Assembly (NCBI GenBank): GCA_001661245.1
Contig: KV454013.1
Location: forward strand, 838,502-902,501
Length of the DNA stretch: 64,000 bases
Direction of reading: 5' to 3'
DNA from: Pachysolen tannophilus NRRL Y-2460
Lineage: Eukaryota
Made by a program: the position numbers and the translations under genes. Below are positions 20,688 to 31,360 of the stretch, piece after piece. Below the pieces are notes generated by a model that was given only the letters and a program-made list of their open reading frames with translations, did not search any database and was not told the origin of the DNA. The first letter of the stretch is position 1. Each line of letters begins with the position of its first letter.

Positions 20688-23195
20688 TTAATTTATTTGG
20701 TCTTTTTTATTTAGTAAGCTTTTTAGAGAATTGAATAGTAATTCTCCAATGCCATCTAGACCGCTTTTAGTAATACGCTTTAATAACAAAATGCGAAAAT
20801 CATCAAACCCTTGAATACCTAATTTATTATTGATCCAAGAATCACTACCATCTAGTTTCTTGATGAAACTATTAAAATTTGACTCGGTAATTGGACCTAA
20901 ATACTTTTTAATACATTTATCGTCTTTATCTTCTAGATCTCGTAAGATGGTTGTTGAGATATTATTCAACGCTGGATTATTGAAAACGTTAAAACTTTGC
21001 TGAAAAAAATCATCATCATATTGATAGTCATCCATTATGGTATTCTCATATAATGTTTTCAAATTTGATAATTTTTGAATAAATTCTGGAGGTAATAATA
21101 AACCTTTTGATGATGATTGTTCACGAAATTCAAATGGCTTATTTCTCCAAATTAAATTACAAATGTCCATGACATATGAATTATGTAGATTTTTAAAATT
21201 ATTCAACTGTTCTTTATTTTTAAGTTGATCGTCCCCATAAGTTATTATGCTTGTTCCTTCTTTTAACTTTGAATAATATTCACTATAATAACTTTTTGTA
21301 AATGAAATATGCTTGCAAATCAAAGACAATATCGTTGGGTTGCTGGATAATATGAATTGATAACATAAAATCGGTGGGATAATTAGATTTGATATTTTGA
21401 TATATTGAAATGGAATTTTATGTAAAAACTGTAAAAATGACAAGATTTGCAATTGTATATTAGTAGTATTGATCTTGGTGGAAAAATGGTTTAATATAAT
21501 CTCATATACTTTATTTATTATCTTGTACATTTCAAATGCATCTTCATTGTCATCTCCATAGCGAATTGACCAGTTTTGAAATAATTCAATTAATGACCTT
21601 AATAATTTTGAAGTCCATTCTTCATCATACTTGGATTCTAATAATATTACTTCATATTTTTTGAAATAATGTTCATAGAAAAAATCAAATTTGGTCAATG
21701 ATAAATATGGTAAAAACAGGAATTCATCAAAGACTGTCATTTTGATATTATTATTAGAATAATTAATTTTTATCTTTTGTTGTAATAGATTAATGATAAT
21801 AGGCAACAATATTTGTAAATTTTCAGAAATTTTAAGCAAACCTTGGAAAATTTTGCCATAATTTTTGGAATTGTTGTAATCGATAGTAATTGTTGGAATA
21901 TCATGATTATTAATGTCGTCATCAATAAGAACCATTTCACACCAAGAATTTAAATTTTTAATTAACTCTTGATCTAATTTAGAATAAATTAAATATATTG
22001 AATAATTAAGAGTGGTAATCTTATTTTGAAAATTATTAACATGATTGACATTTCTCCTAATTTCAGCATCTTCAGATTCTGCTAATTGAAACAAAACTGA
22101 TCCAATTTGCAAAGGTATTTTCAAATTTTCAATCTCATTAACAAACTTTTCTTTAGAATAAATAGTATAAATATTATTATTATTATTAAAATGAATAATA
22201 GATAACAAATCACTTGAATGCTGTTGTTCTTCAGAGATGATTTTTCTCCTTTTAAATCTATCTTTACAAATTTCCATTAATTGCAAGGACTCGTGAATAT
22301 TTTCAACAAATGTATCGTAATTATGATTTCTCTTTGGAATGTTATTATTTCCATTGTTATTTATTTGTTTAATTTCAATCATTCGATTTAAAAAATTATA
22401 ATCAGGATAAGAAAAAAGATTGATACTAATTTTTTTTTCCTTAATAATCGAGTTAATCTTGTAGCGATAATTTATCATTATTTCATCATCTTTAACCATA
22501 GTACCATCTCCAATAAAATCTTTAAAAATCGTCAATAATACAATCAAATATTCATCATTTGTTGTTTTCTTGTTTAATTCGATTAAATAATTTAATCTCC
22601 ATGGCTTCATGAAATTATTTAAAAAAATTTTCTTGCAATTGAAGTGTAATAATATTTTCAAAATAATCAATGAAATAAATGATCTAATATACTCAATGTT
22701 TAAATTTAAGAAAATCATTGGTAATAATTTTGCCAATTGTTTAAAATCAGCTATATTGTTAATCAAAATATTCAAATACAACCATTTGACCAATTTAATC
22801 TGTAAATTCTTATGAATATACTGTTTCTCATTGTTACGCAAAGAATTAATTCCAATACAACCAATAACCCTTATCACAGTATCACCATCTATTGGATCAT
22901 AAGAATATAAGAGATTTATAAGTTGCAGTTTCAACCGACTCGTAAATATACCCCTATTACCATTATCAGTTATTATCAGTACCAATTCCGATGCCTGAGT
23001 TGATGATACCCCATATCTCAGTACTAACTTAGATAAATCTGCTATAATGTCCAGAATCGAGTTCTTAATACTATTCGCGTCAACCTCTTCACCTAGTACT
23101 TCCACAGCGCCATTCTTATTTATATCCACCAACTTATTGATCTTTTCGTCAACCGCCCTATAGTATCTCAATATCTTTGTATGATCTAAATTCAT
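20688..23195 (-). CDS. CTF3: Inner kinetochore protein CENP-I/Mis6/Ctf3
   Basis: HNSYVMDICNLIWRNKPF and LQIKLVKWL; C-terminal GIGELLFNSLKSL. Confidence 0.65.
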   Translation of the reverse strand: MNLDHTKILRYYRAVDEKINKLVDINKNGAVEVLGEEVDANSIKNSILDIIADLSKLVLRYGVSSTQASELVLIITDNGNRGIFTSRLKLQLINLLYSYDPIDGDTVIRVIGCIGINSLRNNEKQYIHKNLQIKLVKWLYLNILINNIADFKQLAKLLPMIFLNLNIEYIRSFISLIILKILLHFNCKKIFLNNFMKPWRLNYLIELNKKTTNDEYLIVLLTIFKDFIGDGTMVKDDEIMINYRYKINSIIKEKKISINLFSYPDYNFLNRMIEIKQINNNGNNNIPKRNHNYDTFVENIHESLQLMEICKDRFKRRKIISEEQQHSSDLLSIIHFNNNNNIYTIYSKEKFVNEIENLKIPLQIGSVLFQLAESEDAEIRRNVNHVNNFQNKITTLNYSIYLIYSKLDQELIKNLNSWCEMVLIDDDINNHDIPTITIDYNNSKNYGKIFQGLLKISENLQILLPIIINLLQQKIKINYSNNNIKMTVFDEFLFLPYLSLTKFDFFYEHYFKKYEVILLESKYDEEWTSKLLRSLIELFQNWSIRYGDDNEDAFEMYKIINKVYEIILNHFSTKINTTNIQLQILSFLQFLHKIPFQYIKISNLIIPPILCYQFILSSNPTILSLICKHISFTKSYYSEYYSKLKEGTSIITYGDDQLKNKEQLNNFKNLHNSYVMDICNLIWRNKPFEFREQSSSKGLLLPPEFIQKLSNLKTLYENTIMDDYQYDDDFFQQSFNVFNNPALNNISTTILRDLEDKDDKCIKKYLGPITESNFNSFIKKLDGSDSWINNKLGIQGFDDFRILLLKRITKSGLDGIGELLFNSLKSLLNKKDQIN

Positions 23196-23407
23196 AACAG
23201 TTATATTCTATGTTTTTCCTTTTTTTGATTTTCCAGATATACCTTCATTTAACTATAATTTGTAACAAAGGATAAATACAACAATCGTTCTGTTGTATTC
23301 TACATGTAAACAAAAGAAAACAAAGTTTTAGTTTTTCACTTTTCTCGTTTTCTAGGTGGGGTTTTTTTCGGTAACTCAACAGGCCTTTTCTGATGTCTCA
23401 ACTACAA

Positions 23408-23479
23408 TCCGATGTAGTGTAACGGCTAGCACGGTCCGCTTTCACCGGGCAAACCCGGGTTCGACTCCCGGCATCGGAA
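23408..23479 (+). tRNA. tRNA-Glu(TTC), intronless
   Basis: TCCGATG/CATCGGA acceptor stem, CTTTCAC anticodon loop, GGTTCGACTCC T-arm and a T-run terminator downstream. Confidence 0.97.
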
Positions 23480-23607
23480 AATTTAATTTTTTTTTTTTTT
23501 ATATCTTTTTTTTTTTGCACTTTTTATAAATATCATACTAAAAGTGAACTCAACTCATCTCAACTCAACTGAAGAGATCAGATGATGAGATTGTATTTTG
23601 GTTTGAT

Positions 23608-25131
23608 ATGAATAAGAATCCACAGTTTACACCTTACAAATCCAAAAATGAGCTCTTGCAATTAAGAGATTGGTTTTACAACTATGATGAAAAGGATAAT
23701 AGACAACGAGCATTATCGAAAGTTTCTGCATTAATGACTAAAAGTCAAGTACCTCATTCGATAGAGTCTACGTCGCTTTTAACTGCGGTTGTTTTGAATG
23801 ATGAGAAAACACAAGGTGGGGAGCTTATGGCTGATTCCACATCGATGCTACAACTTTCTTATACAATGGGACTTATAAAATTTGTGAATGGGTTGTTGGA
23901 TCCCTATCAACAGTCTAATTTTGCTATACCTTTACATACTTTGGCTACTTTTTTAAAATTACCAGGGTTTTTCGTTGAGTTAAGACATATTGGTACACAT
24001 GAATATTTGCCATCTTTAGAGATGTTGAGAATAGTATCTAGAAAACTGTTGGAATGGTTATTTGAAAATTATTGGAAAGAAATTGATAAGGAAGATGATG
24101 AAGATGATGAAGACGATGAAGGTGATGAAAATCGCAATTATGACCTAGCTGAAGATGAAGAAAAAGAGTTGTTAATGAGATTCAATACAAAGCTTTCACT
24201 TATACTGGAGATTAAATTGAATTTCAGAAATTTCAAAAAAATAAGAAAGATGAATTTGAATAAATTCATAAAATTTGGAGATTCTAGTGAAGTTGGTGTT
24301 TCATATTGGAAATCTTTAACGTATTTAAAGAAACAATTTATTGAAGATGGTGAGTTTTTCATAAATGTGATACTTTTCAAAAATATCTTAATTTTAAAAG
24401 ATAAAAAAAATTTAAATGAAAGTAAAATTAATGGATTAAGGTTATTATATAAACCTTTTATGGAAGAACTAGGTTATGAATTTACTATCAAATTATTTGA
24501 AAAATTGGTTGAATATCAAAATAAAGGAGTAGTAAACAGAAGTGACATTGAAGAAGATTTTCGAGATGAATCTATAACAGATTCTTTAATAATTAATGAA
24601 GAAGATACATTGGGGCATGAATCAGAAGATCAATTGAGTCAATCTGTGAAATGGTGTGAATATTTAATGAGTGATGATTTAAAAATAAATGTAAAAGACC
24701 GAAATTCAGGAAAGATATCAACTAGACAATTTGTTACCAAGACAAATTTATTATATTTAATTGAAATATTAACCAGATTGAATAACGAGATAAATCAAAG
24801 ATTATTAGAAAATTTAATGTTTCAAAATAAAAAATTAATAGATAATCAAATTCAACAAAATATAGTAGAACGTATAAAGTTGATGAAAAAATTTCAAATC
24901 AATAATATCAATATCAATAAAGATTTATCATCTAATATTTCTTCAAAGAGACTGCTGCCATCATTACCAGACATCGATTCAGATTTGGAAATTTTGAAAA
25001 AAAGAATAAAATTTACGAAAAATGAAAAGGAAATTGCAAAAATTGAAGAAAAAATTGAAAAGAAAACTGAAATCAAGTTATGGCAAGTTTGTGAGAATTG
25101 GAAGCCTACTGCTTACGGAATACCATTATAA
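23608..25131 (+). CDS. LAS1: Las1 HEPN pre-rRNA endonuclease
   Basis: PHSIESTS, IKFVNGLLDPYQQ, HEPN motif FVELRHIGTHE, WKPTAYG. Confidence 0.92.
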   Translation: MNKNPQFTPYKSKNELLQLRDWFYNYDEKDNRQRALSKVSALMTKSQVPHSIESTSLLTAVVLNDEKTQGGELMADSTSMLQLSYTMGLIKFVNGLLDPYQQSNFAIPLHTLATFLKLPGFFVELRHIGTHEYLPSLEMLRIVSRKLLEWLFENYWKEIDKEDDEDDEDDEGDENRNYDLAEDEEKELLMRFNTKLSLILEIKLNFRNFKKIRKMNLNKFIKFGDSSEVGVSYWKSLTYLKKQFIEDGEFFINVILFKNILILKDKKNLNESKINGLRLLYKPFMEELGYEFTIKLFEKLVEYQNKGVVNRSDIEEDFRDESITDSLIINEEDTLGHESEDQLSQSVKWCEYLMSDDLKINVKDRNSGKISTRQFVTKTNLLYLIEILTRLNNEINQRLLENLMFQNKKLIDNQIQQNIVERIKLMKKFQINNININKDLSSNISSKRLLPSLPDIDSDLEILKKRIKFTKNEKEIAKIEEKIEKKTEIKLWQVCENWKPTAYGIPL

Positions 25132-25290
25132 GAATATTAATTTAATTCAATTTATGATCATATATATATTTATGTATCTAACTAATAACTAATTAATTTA
25201 TAAATCTGTTAGTAAACTAAAACACTTTGTAGGTAAGCTTCTATTTTCTTTTTTTTTATCTTCATTTTTACTTATTGTTTCAATTTTTAT

Positions 25291-25404
25291 AAAATCAGAC
25301 ATCCATGGAAGGTCTATGGGCGGTCACTGGAATACTAAGATGGGTTCTTATGCGTATTCTACCGAGGAAACTGCGAATGTTTAAGAAAAATTTTCATCAT
25401 CTAA
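25291..25404 (-). ncRNA. SNR128: U14 box C/D snoRNA
   Basis: Box C ATGATGA (25400-25394), domain A AACATTCGCAGTTTCC, Y-domain TACGC..GAACCCAT, and GACCTTCC..GGATGTCTGA with box D at 25298-25295. Confidence 0.92.
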
Positions 25405-25609
25405 AATAAAAGCCAAAACAATAAGAAAAGAAAAAAAAAAAGAGAAAAAAATTTTCTCAGCAACTTGAACATACCTTATTAGAATTCACTTTCAGCAAAA
25501 AGTGGAGTGAATGAGTATTAATGATACCTATCATTAGCAAAAAAAAAAATTATAAACTTTAATAATTGGCCTGATTGTGTAAAAAATCCAATTGGTTTTC
25601 ATAAAAATT

Positions 25610-25760
25610 GTATCAGAAATGTTAAATACTGGCAAGTATAAGTCAAATACATTCCTAAATTATAGACAAGTGTCTATAAACTGGAATGAAGACTATTTTC
25701 AACCCTGTCGTCATAGTCGAATCGGACTGGGAAAGAAGTAAACTTTATCTCATCATTCAA
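25610..25760 (-). ncRNA. SNR190: snR190 box C/D snoRNA
   Basis: Box C (25756-25750), CTTCTTTCC..GTCCGATTCGAC.ATGACGACA, CTTGCCAGT and box D CTGA (25616-25613). It lies upstream of U14, as in other yeasts. Confidence 0.88.
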
Positions 25761-26032
25761 AAAAAAAAAAAAAAAAAAATTGGAAGCCACACAAACACGA
25801 ACCAAAAAAAAATTTAAATCATAAATTCACAACCCAATAGCAGGTAGATAGAATCAGATCAAAAATAAAATCTTTTATTTTTACCCATTCAATCCACTTT
25901 TTGTCTACACTAAAGTAATTTAGAATAATGAATAATAAATTAAAGTTAATAGAAATTTTTTTTTATTCAAGCTTCTTTTCTCTGCTTTTTATAAGGTGCA
26001 AAAAAAAAAGAGAATTTTGAAAAATTTTCGAG

Positions 26033-26063
<31 letters not shown>

Positions 26064-26601
26064 TGCTTTTGATTTTGAGTCCACGACATTTGCAGACTTT
26101 TTTTCTTTCACTTTAATAATAATTGGCATTAATGCACTACTATTCTTGTAATTTTTTCCATTTTTCCATTTTTGGACTCTCCTAATATTGTGTGCACGTC
26201 CTAATATTTTTTTATTTTATAACTTCTTATTTGCCCGATACGTTTTTGTGTTTAATTTTTTTTCTTTTTCTTTCTTTTTTTGGCTTTTTCTTAGGCGTCT
26301 GCCATTTTGTTTGAGCTCTTCGAAATTTCTCTGGTAATTAATTCACAGTTTATTATTTAGTTGGAACAAAGATCTCTTGTTCTTATCAATTGATTACACT
26401 ACAAGCATCAAACTATTTAACCATTAATACATCATCAATTGATATATCTATAGAAGGATAATTGGTATTTTGATATCTCTCTTCCATATAGTTTATTTTT
26501 TTTTTTTTTTTTTTATTTTTATTTTTTGTTGTTGTTCTTGTTTTTGAATTGAGAGAAAGAAAGAAAAAGGAAGGAGACGAAAAAGTGATTTAGCTTTGAA
26601 C

Positions 26602-29313
26602 ATGTCGGTTAGATCTTCAAGTTCCTCTGTTAATATATCGCCGGAGGAACAAGCCAAAATCTTGGAAAATTCAATAGCGGTTATTAAACAACAGATTTTA
26701 TTGATGAGGAAATTTCTTGATGTTACGAATAAGAAGACAAGGTTGATGGATGCGTTGAAACATGCTTCGACTTTTTTATCAGAATTGAGAACAAATTTAT
26801 TGACTCCTAAACAATATTATGAATTATATATTTTAGTGTTTGATGGTTTGAATTATCTTTCTGTTTATTTAAAAGAAAATCATTTGAATAATCATTTGGC
26901 AAACTTATACGAGTTGGTTCAATACGCTGGTAATATTGTTCCAAGGTTATATTTGATGATAACTGTAGGAACAGTTTATATGTCAATTCCAGATGCTCCA
27001 ATTAAAGAAATTATGAAAGATATGATTGATATGTGTAGAGGTGTTCAACATCCAATTAGAGGTTTGTTTTTAAGATATTATCTTACTCAAAGAACAAAAG
27101 ATTTATTACCTGTTAAAGTGACTGCAATATCAGAACATTCCGGGAAACTTGAAGATTCCATACAATTTATTATAACAAATTTTATTGAAATGAATAAATT
27201 ATGGGTTAGATTACAACATCAAGGACATTCTTCTGAAAGAAATAAAAGAATTAAAGAAAGACAAGAATTACAAATTTTGGTTGGATCAAATTTAGTCAGA
27301 TTATCACAATTAGATCATATCGATAGTTTATATTATAAAGATCATATTTTACCAACTGTATTAGAACAAATCACTCAATGTAGAGATGTGATTGCTCAAG
27401 AATATCTATTAGATGTTATTATTCAAGTTTTCCCCGATGATTTCCAATTAGCAACATTAGATGATTTCTTAAATGCAACTTTAAATTTGAATCCAGAAGT
27501 TAGTTTGAAAAAAATATTAATAACTCTTATAAATAGATTGGTTGGTTATAAGAAAAGAGAAGAAATTGATGATGTTTCTGAAAAATTGAAAACAATACAA
27601 TTGAATACTGATGAAGAAAGAGGAGTTGATGATATCACTAATGATATAGATTTGTTTGGGAAAGTTTGGAATTATGTTCAAAAATTAATAGAACAAAAAC
27701 CTTCAATTCATTTAGAAGATTTATCTACCATCTTGGATGCTTTAACTAAACTATCAATAACATATTATCCATCAAATTATGAAAATCTTTCACAAATTTA
27801 TGGTTATGCTATTGAAGTTCAAAAAAATTTTGAAACAAACAATTCGATTAAATCTAAAGAATCTTCTGAATTGGTAAATGCAAATTGGAGGCTTTTACTG
27901 TTATCACCAATTTATAATTTATCAAATTTATTAGATTTATTAAATATTGAACATTATTATGAATTTTTAGAATCACAACATAATTTGAAAAAAATTGTAG
28001 CAATTGAAATTATTGAAAAAATTTTGAAAAATGATGTTAAAATTACAGAAATTAATAGTATTCATAAAATGTTTCAATTATTAAGTTTTATTATTGAATC
28101 AAAACATGATGATAATAATAGTGGTAAATCTTCAGCAGCTATGAAAAGGAAATTAAACAAATCTTTATTATTTGGTAATGATGAAACAGATTCATTAAAA
28201 TCAGCATCAATTTCAGTGGCTAGTGATAATCATTCTTCAATTGATAATATTGAAACTGTGATTCAACAGGAAAATTTAGCAAAAATTTTACATTTTATAT
28301 ATAATGTGAATCCATTTATTAATTTTGAATTACTTGTTACAGCTAAATCTTATTTAAGTAAAGGTGGATTAAAAATTAAATTTACTTATCCAACATTGAT
28401 AAATATAACTTTAAGATTAATTAGAAAATTAAAATTGATGAAATTAATTGATTTAAAGAAAAATGATGTATTATTAAAAATCAAAACAATGTTTAAATTT
28501 ATAAGTTCTTCTGTTAATGAATTATATGAATTACATCAACAAATTACATTGACTTCAATTAATACAAATATTTCAACTTTATGTTTAAATTTAAATTTAA
28601 TGACTGCTCAATTAGCTGATGAAATAGGATTATGTGATATTTCTAATGAATTTTTCATTCAATCATTTGTCATATATGAAGAAAGTATAGTTGATTCAAG
28701 ACTTCAATATCAATCAATATTGTCTATGATTGGTAAACTTCATCAATGTCATAATTTGATAACAATATCTCCAGAAAATTATGATAATTTAATTACCAAG
28801 ACTGCATTATATGGATCAAAATTATTGAAAAAGACAGATCAATGTAGAGCAGTTTATTTAGCATCACATCTTTGGTGGATAGTGGAAGAAAATCAAGATA
28901 ATGAAAGTGAAGAAGAAATTTTACAACCTATAAAGAAAGATGGTAAAAGAGTATTAGAATGTTTACAAAAATCTTTAAGAATTGCTGATTCTTGTTTGGA
29001 TAATAGTGTTAGTCTAGAACTTTTTACTGAAATTTTAAACAGATGTTTATATTATTTCATACATGGTAATGAAGTTATTACAACAAAATATATTAATGGT
29101 TTAATTGAATTAATTCAAAATAATATTAAAAGTTTTGAAAATAGCACTAACGAGAATGGTACAAATAAGTCGACTGGTAACGATAACGAAGATGAAAATG
29201 ATGAAGATGATGATGATATAGAAGATTCGGCTAAAAAGCATTTTAAAAGAACATTAAAATACATTGATGAACAAAAGAAAATTGATGAGAGATTTCAGGA
29301 AATTGTTTACTAA
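26602..29313 (+). CDS. VPS35: Retromer subunit Vps35
   Basis: LYELVQYAGNIVPRLYLMITVG, RGVQHPIRGLFLRYYL, KRVLECLQKSLRIAD. Confidence 0.97.
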   Translation: MSVRSSSSSVNISPEEQAKILENSIAVIKQQILLMRKFLDVTNKKTRLMDALKHASTFLSELRTNLLTPKQYYELYILVFDGLNYLSVYLKENHLNNHLANLYELVQYAGNIVPRLYLMITVGTVYMSIPDAPIKEIMKDMIDMCRGVQHPIRGLFLRYYLTQRTKDLLPVKVTAISEHSGKLEDSIQFIITNFIEMNKLWVRLQHQGHSSERNKRIKERQELQILVGSNLVRLSQLDHIDSLYYKDHILPTVLEQITQCRDVIAQEYLLDVIIQVFPDDFQLATLDDFLNATLNLNPEVSLKKILITLINRLVGYKKREEIDDVSEKLKTIQLNTDEERGVDDITNDIDLFGKVWNYVQKLIEQKPSIHLEDLSTILDALTKLSITYYPSNYENLSQIYGYAIEVQKNFETNNSIKSKESSELVNANWRLLLLSPIYNLSNLLDLLNIEHYYEFLESQHNLKKIVAIEIIEKILKNDVKITEINSIHKMFQLLSFIIESKHDDNNSGKSSAAMKRKLNKSLLFGNDETDSLKSASISVASDNHSSIDNIETVIQQENLAKILHFIYNVNPFINFELLVTAKSYLSKGGLKIKFTYPTLINITLRLIRKLKLMKLIDLKKNDVLLKIKTMFKFISSSVNELYELHQQITLTSINTNISTLCLNLNLMTAQLADEIGLCDISNEFFIQSFVIYEESIVDSRLQYQSILSMIGKLHQCHNLITISPENYDNLITKTALYGSKLLKKTDQCRAVYLASHLWWIVEENQDNESEEEILQPIKKDGKRVLECLQKSLRIADSCLDNSVSLELFTEILNRCLYYFIHGNEVITTKYINGLIELIQNNIKSFENSTNENGTNKSTGNDNEDENDEDDDDIEDSAKKHFKRTLKYIDEQKKIDERFQEIVY

Positions 29314-29351
29314 GAAAAAAAAAAAAAAAAAAAAAAAAAACAAAAACAACA

Positions 29352-29915
29352 NNNNNNNNNNNNNNNNNNNNNNNNNNNNNNNNNNNNNNNNNNNNNNNNN
29401 NNNNNNNNNNNNNNNNNNNNNNNNNNNNNNNNNNNNNNNNNNNNNNNNNNNNNNNNNNNNNNNNNNNNNNNNNNNNNNNNNNNNNNNNNNNNNNNNNNNN
29501 NNNNNNNNNNNNNNNNNNNNNNNNNNNNNNNNNNNNNNNNNNNNNNNNNNNNNNNNNNNNNNNNNNNNNNNNNNNNNNNNNNNNNNNNNNNNNNNNNNNN
29601 NNNNNNNNNNNNNNNNNNNNNNNNNNNNNNNNNNNNNNNNNNNNNNNNNNNNNNNNNNNNNNNNNNNNNNNNNNNNNNNNNNNNNNNNNNNNNNNNNNNN
29701 NNNNNNNNNNNNNNNNNNNNNNNNNNNNNNNNNNNNNNNNNNNNNNNNNNNNNNNNNNNNNNNNNNNNNNNNNNNNNNNNNNNNNNNNNNNNNNNNNNNN
29801 NNNNNNNNNNNNNNNNNNNNNNNNNNNNNNNNNNNNNNNNNNNNNNNNNNNNNNNNNNNNNNNNNNNNNNNNNNNNNNNNNNNNNNNNNNNNNNNNNNNN
29901 NNNNNNNNNNNNNNN
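29352..29915. other. Assembly gap (Ns)
   Basis: N run between poly-A and poly-T tracts. Confidence 1.
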
Positions 29916-30087
29916 TTTTTNTTTTTTTTTAAAAAATATAACTTTTCCCCCTTTTATTTTATTAAAGAAAAAAAAATCAATTAACTATATGTATAATTTT
30001 TCAATTTGAAATTATCTTTATTTTTTTAGCCCATTTTATAATATATCTTGGGACATTAAAAAAATAGAAATTTTATATTAAAACAAT

Positions 30088-30258
30088 TTAACGGTATTTA
30101 ACAAAACCAATATCCTTAGCCTTTTCTCTGAAACATTGACGACAAATGTTTAAACCGTATTTTCTAATTAAACCAGAGTGTGATGAACAGACACGACATT
30201 GTCTTGAACCTTTACCGTAATTTCTTGGGTGTGAAAACCAAACTGATTCGTGAGCCAT
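30088..30258 (-). CDS. RPS29: 40S ribosomal protein S29 (uS14), 56 aa
   Basis: [24 protein letters not shown]...CRQCFRE. Confidence 0.97.
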   Translation of the reverse strand: MAHESVWFSHPRNYGKGSRQCRVCSSHSGLIRKYGLNICRQCFREKAKDIGFVKYR

Positions 30259-30263
30259 ATTCG

Positions 30264-30646
30264 CTATAAGTAACAAGAAATTATTAAAGTTAGTAATTCT
30301 GAAAATAAATGAAAACGAATCCAAAGACGAAAAAAGAAAGAAAGAAAAAAGCCAAAAGGTGAAAAGTTCAAAAGTGTCTGTGATGTTCCTCTTTATGAGA
30401 ACAAAAAAAAAAGAAAAAATTAAATAAAACTTCAACGTAATCACGTATTCTTGTAAAACTCAAAATCTTTCCGTTTTATTTGGAAAATTTTACAATTTGT
30501 TCATACAACTTTGTATAATGCTTTAAAATTCAACTCGACTCAACTAGACTCGACAAAGTACAGTCAAAAAAAATTCAAATAACACAAACATAATCACAGA
30601 CAACTTTCAACACTTTTTTCTTCTAACTGGAATGATCATTACTCAC
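30264..30646 (-). other. RPS29: 5'-UTR intron of RPS29 (donor uncertain)
   Basis: TACTAAC at 30295-30289 and TAG ending at 30264, 5 nt before the ATG. Candidate donors are GTGAGT at 30646 and GTATGA at 30506. Confidence 0.7.
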
Positions 30647-31027
30647 ATTAAATATATTTATTATTCGATAGTATTCAAAATCGTTAAAATAATAAAAACG
30701 TATATATAATTAATATGTATATAGGTTTTGGTGAAATTTTTTTTTCTTCTTTCAAAGAAACTTAATAGAGAAAAAAGAGGAAAAAAAGAAAAAAATAGAA
30801 AAACAGAAAAAGTGTCTGCCAAAAGTGGTCCCAATTGACACTGACACTGGTTGATACTGGTTGATACTTTGGCGATTAGGAACAAATAGAAAAATTGAAA
30901 AGTAGTGTGCACAAGTCATATAAACAACTTAAAAGTTGGAAAAGATTTGTGACTTGGTTTAAGTTTCCGTTTTGGGATAATTTGTTTTGTGGTGTTGGGA
31001 TGTGTGGAAACCCAAATCTCAAGTACC

Positions 31028-31041
31028 AACCCTAACCCTAA
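31028..31041. promoter_or_regulatory. Tandem Tbf1-type sites (AACCCTAACCCTAA) in the RPS29/TSR1 divergent promoter
   Basis: Two TTAGGG units on the minus strand. Confidence 0.55.
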
Positions 31042-31187
31042 TTATTATTAATTTTTTTCTTTCTTGTTTCAAAGTCGTGTCCTCCAATGATAATTATCCG
31101 AAAATAGAAATTAGAAAAAAAAATTTTTTTCCTCTTTTTGAGCGCCCCAGTTTTTGTCTTGTTTTTTGGAGATTACGTAATCATGCA

Positions 31188-31206
31188 CGATGAGAAGAAA
31201 ATTTTC
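31188..31206 (+). promoter_or_regulatory. PAC (CGATGAG) and RRPE (TGAAAATTTTC on the minus strand) upstream of TSR1
   Basis: Direct motif match. Confidence 0.65.
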
Positions 31207-31360
31207 AAATTTTTTTTTTTTTTCAGCTCGTTTAAAGGTGTAGGAAGGAAACAAGGTGTAAAGTATAAGGTAATAATAATAGTTTTATATTTAAAAATTC
31301 ATATTGTATATTGAATATTTATTTGATTTTGTGTTGTGTTGTTTTGTGTTGTTTGGAACA

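Noticed and set aside
29264..29932. 222-aa ORF
   Set aside because: Made almost entirely of Ns.
30259..30444. N-terminal extension of RPS29
   Set aside because: Lies within the predicted 5'-UTR intron; the conserved start is at 30258.
31028..31041. Interstitial telomere
   Set aside because: Only two units, in a promoter context; better explained as Tbf1 sites.
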